DNA of 64,000 nucleotides from Candidatus Planktophila sp. (GCA_049314595.1 JBMOET010000001.1:8856-72855), one strand, 5' to 3'. Shown: positions 20,612 through 30,409, numbered from the stretch's first letter. The notes: generated by a model not told the origin, from the letters alone. Made by a program: numbers and translations.

Positions 20612-21508
20612 GTTAAGCCCGCCCCATGTTCCAGTTCGGCTTACAACTTCTAGCGCTCCATCAAGTGAGTTTCGACGAAATAATAGATTGCTAGCTCCCG
20701 AAAGTGAAAGTGCCTTTACAATTTCTCCATCGGGCAGGCGTATCTTAGATGCTGCTGTTATGTACGTTCCAGCTTCAATGATGCAATTATCACCAAGAGA
20801 AATTCCACACCCTGAGTTAGCACCTAGTAGAGATTTTTCTCCGATTGAAATTACTTCTTTTCCGCCTCCGCTTAAAGTCCCCATAATCGATGCACCGCCA
20901 CCAACATCGGTTCCATCGCCAACTACAACACCGGCAGAGATTCGACCTTCAACCATTGAAGCGCCAAGAGTTCCGGCGTTAAAGTTAACGAAGCCTTCGT
21001 GCATCACGGTAGTTCCAGCGGCAAGATGTGCACCTAAACGAACGCGATCAGCGTCAGCGATTCGGACACCGCTCGGAATAACATAGTCGACCATTCTTGG
21101 AAATTTATCGACTGAAAAAACAGTGACATGACCATGAGCTGCCTTCAATCTGCCACGCGTGCGTTCAAAATCCTCTACTGCGCAGGGGCCAACCGATGTC
21201 CAAACAACGTTGTTCAGTAATCCAAATACACCATCGAGTGATGCACCGTGTGGCTTAATTAAACGGTGTGAAAGAAGATGCAGACGAAGATATGCATCGA
21301 GTGCTGAAGTAGGAGCTGCAGAGAGTTCGATCTCTAAGCTCACTAATTCACGGCTCACGCCTCGTGCAGTATCAATGCCGACGAGCTCTTTTAATTCGTC
21401 GGGGGCATCTGCGGCAAGTGGAGCTAAAACGGGATTTGGGAACCAAGCATCAAGAAGTTTTCCATGTGCAAATGTTGCAATTGCGTGGCCGGATGCGATG
21501 GTCGTCAT
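20591..21508 (-). CDS. dapD: Tetrahydrodipicolinate N-succinyltransferase
   Basis: YLRLHLLSHRL, VDKFPRMVDYV, VRLGAHLAAGTTVMHEGFVNFNAGT. Confidence 0.96.
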   Translation of the reverse strand: MTTIASGHAIATFAHGKLLDAWFPNPVLAPLAADAPDELKELVGIDTARGVSRELVSLEIELSAAPTSALDAYLRLHLLSHRLIKPHGASLDGVFGLLNNVVWTSVGPCAVEDFERTRGRLKAAHGHVTVFSVDKFPRMVDYVIPSGVRIADADRVRLGAHLAAGTTVMHEGFVNFNAGTLGASMVEGRISAGVVVGDGTDVGGGASIMGTLSGGGKEVISIGEKSLLGANSGCGISLGDNCIIEAGTYITAASKIRLPDGEIVKALSLSGASNLLFRRNSLDGALEVVSRTGTWGGLNSILHAN

Positions 21509-21538
21509 GGGCTAAGCCTAACCCCTATCCTTGCAGGC

Positions 21539-22072
21539 ATGCGTATCGGTGTCTTTTGCTCCTCATCTGCGACTATCGACCCTAAATATGTTGATCTTGC
21601 CTACGAACTTGGTGAGGGAATCGGTCTTAAATCCTGGGAGCTCATCACTGGCGGCGGACATATTTCAATGATGGGTGCAGTGTCTCGTGGTGCACGCGCA
21701 ACGGGAGGCAGAACTGTGGGAGTTATTCCTCAAGCCCTTGTAGATATTGAGTTTGCCGATCATGACAATGAAGAGTTGCATATTGTTGAAACCATGGGCG
21801 AGCGCAAAGCGATGATCACCGATATCTCAGATGCATTTATAACGTTGCCAGGGGGAGCAGGAACCCTTGAAGAGTTCTTTGAAATTTGGGTCGGACGTTA
21901 TTTAAAGTTTCATAATAAGCCCGTCGTGATTCTAGATCCATTTGGAATTTACGACCCACTGCATGAATTAGTCATTCACCTTGAAGCTGAAAATTTTATT
22001 AAGCCGGGTATGCGTGAATTAATTACGTGGACAACAAATGTTGATCAAGCACTGAGCGCTTGCAAGCAATGA
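21539..22072 (+). CDS. LOG family (TIGR00730-like) protein
   Basis: IGVFCSSS, GGG..MMGAV, LPGGAGTLEE. Start at ATG 21539. Confidence 0.92.
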   Translation: MRIGVFCSSSATIDPKYVDLAYELGEGIGLKSWELITGGGHISMMGAVSRGARATGGRTVGVIPQALVDIEFADHDNEELHIVETMGERKAMITDISDAFITLPGGAGTLEEFFEIWVGRYLKFHNKPVVILDPFGIYDPLHELVIHLEAENFIKPGMRELITWTTNVDQALSACKQ

Positions 22073-22494
22073 CTAGTAATCGCATAGCCATCTCAATTTA
22101 TATTGATGCACCTATCGAGAAAGTCTGGGAGTCTTTATCTGATTGGGAGAGTCAAGGCCAATGGATGCTGGCGACTAAAATCTGGGTTACTTCAACAGTT
22201 AGAATTGGAATCGGCACGCAGATTCAAGCGCTCACTGGCTTGGGTAAGTTTGGAATCCTAGATTCAATGAGCGTAACTTCTTGGGATCCTCCATTTAGCG
22301 CTGATGTTGTACATACAGGGGCAGTGATAAAAGGAAGTGGAAGATTTGAGTTAATCGCAGTTAACTCACAACGCACTCGCTTTAATTGGTCGGAGGAAAT
22401 AATCGCTCCTCGAATCATCTTCTTAGCGTTGTGGCCGGGAATCTTTAGCGGAGTCCGTATCTCTCTTTTTAGGTTTGCTCGAACATTCCGTTAA
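22069..22494 (+). CDS. SRPBCC (START-like) family protein
   Basis: IDAPIEKVWESLSDW, WDPP, HTG..GSG.F. Confidence 0.8.
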   Translation: MTSNRIAISIYIDAPIEKVWESLSDWESQGQWMLATKIWVTSTVRIGIGTQIQALTGLGKFGILDSMSVTSWDPPFSADVVHTGAVIKGSGRFELIAVNSQRTRFNWSEEIIAPRIIFLALWPGIFSGVRISLFRFARTFR

Positions 22495-22540
22495 TTCAAA
22501 GGTGAGGCGAAGGCGCGGTCAATGCCAGTAACCTAGGGGC

Positions 22541-22732
22541 ATGAGCGAACCGGAAACACTGGCAGAGGTTCTAGATGCTTTGCCAGCTGAGGAGCGCTTC
22601 ATTCTGACTATGCACTACCTGCGCCAGATGTCACCTAGTCAGATTGCCCAGCTTCTCACCGTTCCAGAACACGCCGTTGATAGCGTAATCAGCTCAGGAA
22701 AGGCGCGGTTGAGCCATTTCCTGGGGCTTTAA
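22541..22732 (+). CDS. Stand-alone sigma-70 region 4 HTH protein (63 aa)
   Basis: LDALPAEERFILTMHY...MSPSQIAQLL.VP..AVDS..S.GKARL matches the ECF region 4 pattern; TAACCT lies 6 nt upstream. Confidence 0.78.
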   Translation: MSEPETLAEVLDALPAEERFILTMHYLRQMSPSQIAQLLTVPEHAVDSVISSGKARLSHFLGL

Positions 22733-22818
22733 CCCCCTTCTGCCGATTTCCCACGCAAGCGCCCAATGCGAGATACTTCTCCTCTTACCCCTCACACATC
22801 GCACAAAGGAGTCCCCCC

Positions 22819-22998
22819 ATGGCAGCCATGAAACCCCGAACAGGTGATGGTCCTATGGAGGTCACAAAAGAGGCTCGCTCCCTAGTCATGCGAATCCCAC
22901 TTGAGGGTGGTGGCCGCTTAGTCGTTGAGCTCAATGCAGAAGAAGCAAATAATCTTAGCGCCGCACTTCATGCCGCAGTCGCTTTAGTTAAGAAGTAG
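22819..22998 (+). CDS. DUF3117 family protein (59 aa)
   Basis: Not in the ORF track. MAAMKPRTGDGPMEVTKEARSLVMRIPLEGGGRLVVEL, with SD AAAGGAG upstream. Confidence 0.92.
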   Translation: MAAMKPRTGDGPMEVTKEARSLVMRIPLEGGGRLVVELNAEEANNLSAALHAAVALVKK

Positions 22999-23025
22999 AG
23001 CAGTCAGGGCGATAGCCTTAAACGC

Positions 23026-24516
23026 ATGTCATCCATACTTTGCGGTGCTCCAGTAGATCTGGCTCATGCCATACAAGCAGATTCCATTGCCCTTGGTTTC
23101 ATAAGAACCGAAACGGGCGAGTTTGCATTTCAAGGACCTGGCACTCTCATTACAGAGATTGAAAAACTCTTTGACATAAATTTGGTAGATGAACTCTCAT
23201 TCTTTTCTCCAAACGGCAAAAGTGGCGAGATCTTTGAAGTTCCAGTCAGTGCAAAGGATGCAGTTACAGATCGCTTGTACTTAACAGGTTTAGGTGATTG
23301 CTCTACTCCTGCATTTCGATTAGCTGCAATTGCTATCGCGCGAAAAGTACGCGGCAAGAAAGCTACAGTTTATTCAGCATGTGCAATCAAGAAGCGTGAT
23401 GTGCGCGAACATGCAATCTCATTGACCATGGGCGCTTACTTGTGGAGTTTAAAAAGTGGAGAGCCCGCCGGAGTTCCAGAGTTTCACGTTGCAACTAATG
23501 ACAAGGAGACGATTAATGCTGCTATCACTATTTCGAAAGCGGTTTCGCGCGCTCGCAATTTGGCTCATACGCCTTCTAATATTAAAACTCCTGCGTGGAT
23601 GGCTGCGCAAGCGAAAGAGTTCGCCAAGGGAAACCAATTAGCAGTACGAGTTCTTGCAGGCAAAGAGCTCAAAGATTTTGGAGGCCTACGGGCGGTAGGT
23701 AATTCATCTCCCAAACCAGGTCCACGCTTTATTGAAGTGTCGTACTCTCCCAAATCTAAGAAAGCATCGCATGGCGCTCTTCCACATGTGGTACTTGTTG
23801 GCAAAGGAATCACTTTTGATACGGGTGGCATCAATCTAAAACGGCCCTACGATCTTATGATTCCGATGAAGACTGATATGGCAGGGGCCGCGGCAATCCT
23901 TGCGACACTGACGGCTTTAGAAGAGTTACAACCAAATGTTCGCGTCACAGCGCTGATGATGTGTGCTGAAAACGCTATCTCTGGCACTGCTCAACGCCCT
24001 AGTGACGTTATTGTGCATTATGGAGGCACCACAGTAGAAGTTATCGATACCGATGCTGAGGGCCGATTGGTGCTTGCCGACGGACTTGCTTATGCCGATA
24101 TTAATTTGGACCCCGATTATTTAGTAGATATTGCGACGTTGACCGGTTCGGCAACTATTGGCTTAGGACGTCAGTATGCAGCAATGTATACACGTGATGA
24201 AAAACTGGCTAAAGAGTTATCACAAGCAGGCACAGATTCAGGTGATCGGGTTTGGCACATGCCGCTCGTTGATGATTACAAAACCGCCCTTGCAAGTGAT
24301 ATCGCAGATTTCAATCACAACGCCAAGAAGGCTGGATTTTCTGCTGGATCAGTAACGGCAGCTTTATTCTTAGAGCACTTTGCAGGCAATCGTCGGTGGG
24401 TGCATTTAGATATCGCTGGAACTGGGCGCAGCGAAGTTGATGCTGGTGAAAACCCAAAAGGCGGAACTGGTTTTGGTGTTCGTTTATTAACTGAATGGAT
24501 CATGAATCTCACATGA
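23026..24516 (+). CDS. pepA: Leucyl aminopeptidase (M17)
   Basis: VGKGITFDTGG, MKTDMAGAA, DTDAEGRLVLAD, ATLTG, HLDIAG. Confidence 0.95.
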   Translation: MSSILCGAPVDLAHAIQADSIALGFIRTETGEFAFQGPGTLITEIEKLFDINLVDELSFFSPNGKSGEIFEVPVSAKDAVTDRLYLTGLGDCSTPAFRLAAIAIARKVRGKKATVYSACAIKKRDVREHAISLTMGAYLWSLKSGEPAGVPEFHVATNDKETINAAITISKAVSRARNLAHTPSNIKTPAWMAAQAKEFAKGNQLAVRVLAGKELKDFGGLRAVGNSSPKPGPRFIEVSYSPKSKKASHGALPHVVLVGKGITFDTGGINLKRPYDLMIPMKTDMAGAAAILATLTALEELQPNVRVTALMMCAENAISGTAQRPSDVIVHYGGTTVEVIDTDAEGRLVLADGLAYADINLDPDYLVDIATLTGSATIGLGRQYAAMYTRDEKLAKELSQAGTDSGDRVWHMPLVDDYKTALASDIADFNHNAKKAGFSAGSVTAALFLEHFAGNRRWVHLDIAGTGRSEVDAGENPKGGTGFGVRLLTEWIMNLT

Positions 24517-25139
24517 AAATAGATCCACACACATTTGCCGAAAACTTTATTCCCGAAGATCACTTTAAGTCGCAGGCCCGTGCACGCGGAGTTGAAGTTG
24601 GTGCCGTAGATGCAACTCCAGGTGCCGGTGCTTATTTACGGCATTTAGCTTTTACGCTGTCAGCCCAATCTGTTGTTGAGGTCGGAACCGGATCAGGCGT
24701 CGGTAGTTTATGGCTACTCGATGGCATGCGTGCAAGTGGAACTTTGACATCGATTGATGATGAAATGGAGCACACACAGATCGCCAAATTGGCATTTGCA
24801 GAGGCCGATATCGCACAAACTCGTTATCGCTTGATAACTAACTCAATCCTTGATGTTATTTCAAAGTTAACTGATCGCGCATACGATCTAGTTGTATTAC
24901 GACACAATCCAGAGGATTTAGCATTTGTAATTGGCGAAGCTCACCGGATCTTGCGAAGTGGTGGCACCCTAGTCATTGATAACTACTTTGGAGGCTCAAA
25001 AGTCAGCGATCCAGCCCAACGCGATCCGAAGACTGTTGCCCTTCGCGATGCTGGGAAAATCATTAAAAATGACACAGAGCATTGGGTGAGTGCCTTGATT
25101 TCATCGGGTGATGGTTTGTTAGTTGCTACCAAGTTGTAG
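24513..25139 (+). CDS. SAM-dependent O-methyltransferase (Rv1220c-like)
   Basis: VVEVGTGSGVGSLWLL, LTSID, YDLV, DPAQRD. ATGA overlap with pepA. Confidence 0.88.
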   Translation: MKIDPHTFAENFIPEDHFKSQARARGVEVGAVDATPGAGAYLRHLAFTLSAQSVVEVGTGSGVGSLWLLDGMRASGTLTSIDDEMEHTQIAKLAFAEADIAQTRYRLITNSILDVISKLTDRAYDLVVLRHNPEDLAFVIGEAHRILRSGGTLVIDNYFGGSKVSDPAQRDPKTVALRDAGKIIKNDTEHWVSALISSGDGLLVATKL

Positions 25140-25151
25140 CAGAATAAAAGC

Positions 25152-26273
25152 ATGATTTTTCCAAGAGCAAAGAAGCCAGAGATTGCACCAGCATGGTGGG
25201 AATCTAGCAAAGCGCCTAAGAACTCAAAGGGATCCATATTCCTCGTTGCTATTCTCGCGGGAACAGTTGGTGGTTTCTTGGGAGTTAATTCAACCGGTAC
25301 ACCTCTGTTTCAAAATGCAAATCTAGTTACTTCATCCAGCACAATAGAACGTGCGCCTGATTCAGTCGCAGGGATTGCTCAGCGTGTTCTGCCATCGGTT
25401 GTTTCGATTACAACTAACTCAAGCAGTGGTGGTGGAACTGGATCAGGTTTTGTCATAGATAGCAATGGATATATTTTAACGAACAACCATGTAATTGCAG
25501 CAGTGGCTGAAAATGGCGGAACAATTCGCGTCACACTTAATAATGGTGACGTGTACGACGGAAAGATTCTTGGTCGCGACTCTTCATATGATCTAGCGGT
25601 GTTAAAAATTAGTGCAAATAATCTTCCTGCACTGCAGTTGGGCGACAGTGACAAGATTGCAGTCGGAGATCCAGTAATTGCTATCGGTTCGCCACTTGGA
25701 TTATCTGGAACCGTTACATTAGGAATTATTAGCGCAAAAGATCGTCCAGTAACTGCTGGAGATTCAGCAACAGATAGTTCATTTATTAACGCCTTGCAAA
25801 CCGATGCCGCAATTAATCCGGGCAACTCCGGAGGCCCACTAGTGGATTCGACTGGCGCAGTCATTGGAGTTAATTCAGCGATTGCATCTCTTGGAAGTTC
25901 GTCTCAGACCGGCTCAATTGGTCTGGGTTTTGCGATTCCAATTAACCAAGCCAAGAAGACAGCAGATCAACTTATTAAGTCAGGTAAAGCTACGTATCCA
26001 GTATTGGGAGTTGCATTGGATATGAACTACACCGGCATAGGGGCACTTATTGCTAAATCCAGTTCGTCAATATTGGCTGATGGGCCTGCACAAAAAGCTG
26101 GATTAAAGCCAGGAGATGTCATCATCAAATTTGGAGATCGTGAAATAAATACCCCTGAAGAGTTAATCATTGCCGTGCGCGCACAAAGCGTGGGTGATCA
26201 GGTAAGGGTTTCATTTATGCGCGATGGTAAGGAAATGAGTGCATCTCCGACCTTAATTGCTGCGAATAACTAA
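25152..26273 (+). CDS. htrA: HtrA-like serine protease with PDZ domain
   Basis: TM helix, TNNHV, DLAVLK, QTDAAINPGNSGGPL, C-terminal PDZ. Confidence 0.95.
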   Translation: MIFPRAKKPEIAPAWWESSKAPKNSKGSIFLVAILAGTVGGFLGVNSTGTPLFQNANLVTSSSTIERAPDSVAGIAQRVLPSVVSITTNSSSGGGTGSGFVIDSNGYILTNNHVIAAVAENGGTIRVTLNNGDVYDGKILGRDSSYDLAVLKISANNLPALQLGDSDKIAVGDPVIAIGSPLGLSGTVTLGIISAKDRPVTAGDSATDSSFINALQTDAAINPGNSGGPLVDSTGAVIGVNSAIASLGSSSQTGSIGLGFAIPINQAKKTADQLIKSGKATYPVLGVALDMNYTGIGALIAKSSSSILADGPAQKAGLKPGDVIIKFGDREINTPEELIIAVRAQSVGDQVRVSFMRDGKEMSASPTLIAANN

Positions 26274-26300
26274 TCAGTACTTGGCAGGTAGGCTTACCTC

Positions 26301-26606
26301 ATGTTCTTCGATATCGGTGCTGGTGAACTCTTAGGCCTTGCACTCTTGGCCATGCTATTGGTCGGGCCAGAACGTCTGCCAAAGGTGGCAGTAGAGGCAG
26401 CTAAATGGGTAAAGAAGATTCGTGATTTATCTCAAGTTGCTACCGCTGAACTAAAAGAAAACCTAGGACCAGGCTTTGAAAACTTGCAGCCAAAGGATCT
26501 ACATCCAAAAACTTTCGTCAAGAAGCAGTTAGCCGATCTTATGGAGGAACAACCTGTGGCAAAACCTAAGCGTCCAGAAGCTCGAATTGATCCCGATTTA
26601 ATATGA
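26301..26606 (+). CDS. tatB: Tat translocase subunit TatB
   Basis: MFFDIGAGEL...VGPERLP; htrA-tatB-mrp synteny. Confidence 0.88.
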   Translation: MFFDIGAGELLGLALLAMLLVGPERLPKVAVEAAKWVKKIRDLSQVATAELKENLGPGFENLQPKDLHPKTFVKKQLADLMEEQPVAKPKRPEARIDPDLI

Positions 26607-27724
26607 GTCTCATAGATAAATTAGCCGATGCGCTGACTACAGTCCAAGATCCTGAACTTCATAGATCAATAACTGATCTTGGCATGGTTGAGGATCTATC
26701 AGAAACAAATGGCGATGTTTCAGTTCGATTACTTCTTACTATCTCAGGCTGTCCCATGCAAGATCGTTTGCGTGCAGATATTACAAATACTCTTGCAAAG
26801 GTCGAGGGAGTGAAATCAGTACAACTTGCATTTGGCGTCATGAATCAAGAGCAGCGCGATAATGTTAAGAAAATTATGCGCAATGGCCGCGAGAAATTTA
26901 TTCCCTTTGCTCAACCAGATTCTTTGACCAGAGTAATTGGAATCGCATCGGGCAAAGGTGGCGTTGGCAAGTCATCACTGACAGTTAATCTTGCAGTTGC
27001 CGCCGCAGCTAAAGGTCTGCGCGTAGGTATCTTGGATGCCGATGTTTATGGACACTCGATTCCACGTCTGATGGGGCTCATGGGTCAACGACCAACGGCG
27101 ATAGATCAAATGTTTATTCCCCTTGAGTCCTACGGCGTAAAGACTGTTTCCATGGAGATGTTTAAGCCAGAACGCAGTGATGCTGTTGCCTATCGTGGTC
27201 CACTTTTGCATAGAGTCCTTGAGCAGCTCTTATCAGATGCGTATTGGGGCGATTTGGACCTCTTACTCATTGATCTGCCACCTGGAACAGGAGATCTTGC
27301 AATCTCTCTCGGACAATTGATTCCAACGTCTGAAATATTAGTTGTAACAACACCTCAAATTGCTGCCGCCGAAGTTGCTGAGCGGGCTGGCCGAATTGCA
27401 CATCAGATTCATCAACAAGTTATTGGTGTGGTTGAAAATATGTCTGAATACACCGATGAATCAACGGGCCAAAAGATCTCTTTATTTGGTGATGGCGGCG
27501 GTGAAGAAACTGCACGACGTTTATCAACACTAGTTGGTAGCGAGGTTCCTCTTCTTGGCAAAATTCCATTTAGTATCGATCTTCGTATGGGTGGCGACCA
27601 AGGAATCCCGGTAGTTATTGCAGCTCCACAATCTGCTAGCGCACTTGCACTAATGGAAATCGCTGAAAAGCTAATGAAGCGAAGTAAATCTTTACTTGGA
27701 GTCCGCTTGGGGATTGCTACGTAA
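26603..27724 (+). CDS. mrp: Mrp/NBP35 Fe-S carrier ATPase
   Basis: VQDPEL...LTISGCP, SGKGGVGKSS, DADVYG, DLPPGTGD, VVENMS. Confidence 0.94.
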   Translation: MSLIDKLADALTTVQDPELHRSITDLGMVEDLSETNGDVSVRLLLTISGCPMQDRLRADITNTLAKVEGVKSVQLAFGVMNQEQRDNVKKIMRNGREKFIPFAQPDSLTRVIGIASGKGGVGKSSLTVNLAVAAAAKGLRVGILDADVYGHSIPRLMGLMGQRPTAIDQMFIPLESYGVKTVSMEMFKPERSDAVAYRGPLLHRVLEQLLSDAYWGDLDLLLIDLPPGTGDLAISLGQLIPTSEILVVTTPQIAAAEVAERAGRIAHQIHQQVIGVVENMSEYTDESTGQKISLFGDGGGEETARRLSTLVGSEVPLLGKIPFSIDLRMGGDQGIPVVIAAPQSASALALMEIAEKLMKRSKSLLGVRLGIAT

Positions 27725-28192
27725 CTCGGAGATAACCTCTTTAGCAATATCTGAGAGTTCACTGCGTACAAAATCTCTAGTTGCAACTTCACCTAGTGAG
27801 ATTCGTAGCGATGCTATTTCGCGCGTTAAGTATTCGGCATCTGCAATACTGCGATCGTTTCTGGCACGATCTTCATTGAGTTGGATTCGATCTCTGTCTG
27901 CCTGACGATTTTGTGCAAGCAAAATTAAGGGTGCGGCATAAGATGCCTGAAGTGAGAGTATTAAAGTTAAGAAGATGAATGGATAGTCATCAAAGCGCAG
28001 ATCTCGAGGAGCTAGTGTGTTCCATGCAACCCATGAGAGAACAAACACTGTCATATAAACTAAGAAGCGCGCAGTTCCTAAGAAGCGCGCAAAACGCTCA
28101 GACATCCGTCCAAAAGTCTCTGGATCAAAGTTAGGGCGAAGCGAGCGCCTGGCCTCACGTGGGGTATCTAAACCAAATGCGCGTGCCATCAC
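27692..28192 (-). CDS. DUF1003 membrane protein
   Basis: FDDYPFIFLTLILSLQASYAAPLILLAQNRQ. Confidence 0.9.
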   Translation of the reverse strand: MMARAFGLDTPREARRSLRPNFDPETFGRMSERFARFLGTARFLVYMTVFVLSWVAWNTLAPRDLRFDDYPFIFLTLILSLQASYAAPLILLAQNRQADRDRIQLNEDRARNDRSIADAEYLTREIASLRISLGEVATRDFVRSELSDIAKEVISELRSNPQADSK

Positions 28193-29463
28193 TACACCTC
28201 CTTGTAAGAAACAGGCGATTTCTCGCGGTGATCATGACGCCAGTTTTCTGGCAGCAAGTGATCCAAAACGTCATCGACTGTGATTGCACCTAGCAAGCGT
28301 TCGTTTGCATCGATGACAGGTAGTGAAAGCATGTTGTAACTGGCCAAATGCGAAGAAACCTCATGCAGAGACGCATCTGGCTTTACGCCTTTGGAATCCG
28401 TGTCAACAATGGAGCCAAGTAAAGTTGAAGGCGGCTCACGTAACAATCGCTGATAGTGGACAGTTCCAATGAAGCGACCGGTGGGTGTTTCTAATGGTTG
28501 GCGACAAATAAAGATCTGGGATGCAAGAGCTGGTGAAATCTCTTTTTGCCTCACTGCAGCCAGCGCATCGGCAACAGAAGAATCAGCGCTCATAACAATT
28601 GGTTCGGTTGTCATCATTCCACCCGCCGAATAATCCTCATAGTTCATCAGGCGCAAAACGTCCTCTGCATCTTCAGGCTCCATTAACTCCAATAGTGCTT
28701 CGGCACGCTCTTGACCGATTTCTCGTAACAAGTCGGCGGCATCATCTGGATCCATTTCACCAAGAACATCGGCAGCTCGTTCGCCCTCAAGTGCGGCAAG
28801 GAGTAAAACACGATCGTCTTCATCCATCTCTTCCAAAACATCTGCAAGCCGTTCATCATCTAAAGCTCCTGCAATTTCAACGCGACGCTTTTCTGGCAAA
28901 TCCTGAAGCACGGTTGCTAAATCTGCAGCACGTAGATTTGCAAGAGTTGAAAGAAGATTTGTTACGCCCTGATTTTGTTCGGTGTGTGCAAAACCCACTA
29001 CTTCTTCCCAAGCAACCGTGGATGTTGCTCCTTTACGGCGAAGTCCTCGACCAGGGCGCATGATATGAACTTTATTAATTAGCCAATCGCCGGTGCGATT
29101 TTGTTCCATGCCCATGTCTTCTACAATTACTCGTTCATTGGACGCGACATGTGTAATTGAACGGTCCAGCATGTCGCCTAGAACTAAGACTTCTCCGGGG
29201 CGGGTTTCATAGCGCCGCATATTCAATAACCCAGTAATTACGACTGCGCCATTTTCAATCGATGTCACACGTGTTATTGGCACAAAGACTCGACGGCGAA
29301 GTGGAACTTCTACAACTAAACCAAGGATTCGGGGAGGTAAGTTGTTAGTGCGCAGGGTCGCCACAGCATCTCGCACCTTTCCTACGGGATCACCATTTGG
29401 GTCAAAGACCGCGGTACCTGCAAGACGGGCAAGAAATACTCGGTTTAAGAGATTGCCGCTCAT
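28192..29463 (-). CDS. MgtE N-terminal/CBS domain protein (PRC-barrel N-terminus, no membrane domain)
   Basis: Acidic MgtE_N repeats (LADVLEEM, MDPDDAADLL), SAGGMMT, CBS pair, GAITVDDVLD. Confidence 0.88.
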   Translation of the reverse strand: MSGNLLNRVFLARLAGTAVFDPNGDPVGKVRDAVATLRTNNLPPRILGLVVEVPLRRRVFVPITRVTSIENGAVVITGLLNMRRYETRPGEVLVLGDMLDRSITHVASNERVIVEDMGMEQNRTGDWLINKVHIMRPGRGLRRKGATSTVAWEEVVGFAHTEQNQGVTNLLSTLANLRAADLATVLQDLPEKRRVEIAGALDDERLADVLEEMDEDDRVLLLAALEGERAADVLGEMDPDDAADLLREIGQERAEALLELMEPEDAEDVLRLMNYEDYSAGGMMTTEPIVMSADSSVADALAAVRQKEISPALASQIFICRQPLETPTGRFIGTVHYQRLLREPPSTLLGSIVDTDSKGVKPDASLHEVSSHLASYNMLSLPVIDANERLLGAITVDDVLDHLLPENWRHDHREKSPVSYKEV

Positions 29464-29469
29464 GGGTTA

Positions 29470-29479
29470 AGGGTACCTT
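29470..29479. promoter_or_regulatory. Interlocked divergent -10 elements (AGGGTACCTT)
   Basis: TACCTT on + lies 6 nt before ATG 29486; TACCCT on - lies 6 nt before ATG 29463. They share the central TA. Confidence 0.65.
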
Positions 29480-29485
29480 TACCTC

Positions 29486-30409
29486 ATGAATGCAGGGGAA
29501 CATTTGCAGAGCGGGCAACACAACCGCGATAGTCATACCGCAATACCTGCCAGACCTGACCTGATTCGCTTGGGTCTTGGAATCGTAGGAATTGGTACAT
29601 CTGGCCCACTTATCGCAATGAGCGCTATGCCAATTACAACGTTAATCTTCTGGCGAAATTTAGGCGGAGCGATATTAACTCTTCCCTTTGCATTGCGACA
29701 TAGAGCCCATCGCGAGGGAGTTAGATGGGCGATCGCCGCAGGAGTTGTTCTGGCTATCCACTTTATTGGCTTCTTTATCGCAATGCGCTGGACAACTGTT
29801 GCCGCAGGCACAGCCCTTGTTGCTTTACAACCTATCTTTGCCGCGCTCTTTGTGAAGTTAAGTGGTGGTCACATCCCATCCTCGGTCTGGCTTGGGATGA
29901 TCGTGAGTTTTTCAGGAGTTCTACTTATATCTGGCGTGGATCTTCATATCTCTTTTAAATCCTTTTTGGGAGATATTGCCGCACTTCTTTCTGCAGCCTT
30001 GGCCGCTATGTACATGATGGCAGGTTCAAGAGCACAACGAACTTTAGAGACAACTACATATACGTCTATTTGTTATTTTGTGTGCGCAATGACCGTGCTA
30101 CCCGTAGCGGTGATTTCAGGTGTGCCGCTCTTAGATTTTTCTGCCCGTGAATGGTGGATTTTGCTGGGACTTATTTTAGGAGCACAGATACTCGGTCACA
30201 CAATGTTTAATTCGGCCCTCAAGCGTGTTTCGCCGGCAATCGTTTCTTTGATCATTTTTTTTGAAGTTCCGGTTAGCTCAATTCTTGCAATCTGGTGGAT
30301 TGGACAGAAACCACCTCTTGGAATTCTTCCAGGAATTGCACTAATTTTAATTGGTTGCGTCTTAGTAGTTACTCGCACACGTGCTAATCAAGTTGAGATT
30401 ACTCCATGA
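29486..30409 (+). CDS. EamA/DMT family transporter
   Basis: About 10 TM helices in two EamA repeats; GDIAALLSA, QILGHT, EVP. Confidence 0.9.
   Translation: MNAGEHLQSGQHNRDSHTAIPARPDLIRLGLGIVGIGTSGPLIAMSAMPITTLIFWRNLGGAILTLPFALRHRAHREGVRWAIAAGVVLAIHFIGFFIAMRWTTVAAGTALVALQPIFAALFVKLSGGHIPSSVWLGMIVSFSGVLLISGVDLHISFKSFLGDIAALLSAALAAMYMMAGSRAQRTLETTTYTSICYFVCAMTVLPVAVISGVPLLDFSAREWWILLGLILGAQILGHTMFNSALKRVSPAIVSLIIFFEVPVSSILAIWWIGQKPPLGILPGIALILIGCVLVVTRTRANQVEITP

Noticed and set aside
22722-22740. GGGG-CTTTAA-CCCC hairpin (and a similar one after manB) as intrinsic terminators
   Set aside because: The stems are only 4-5 bp with no U-tract, which is insufficient support.
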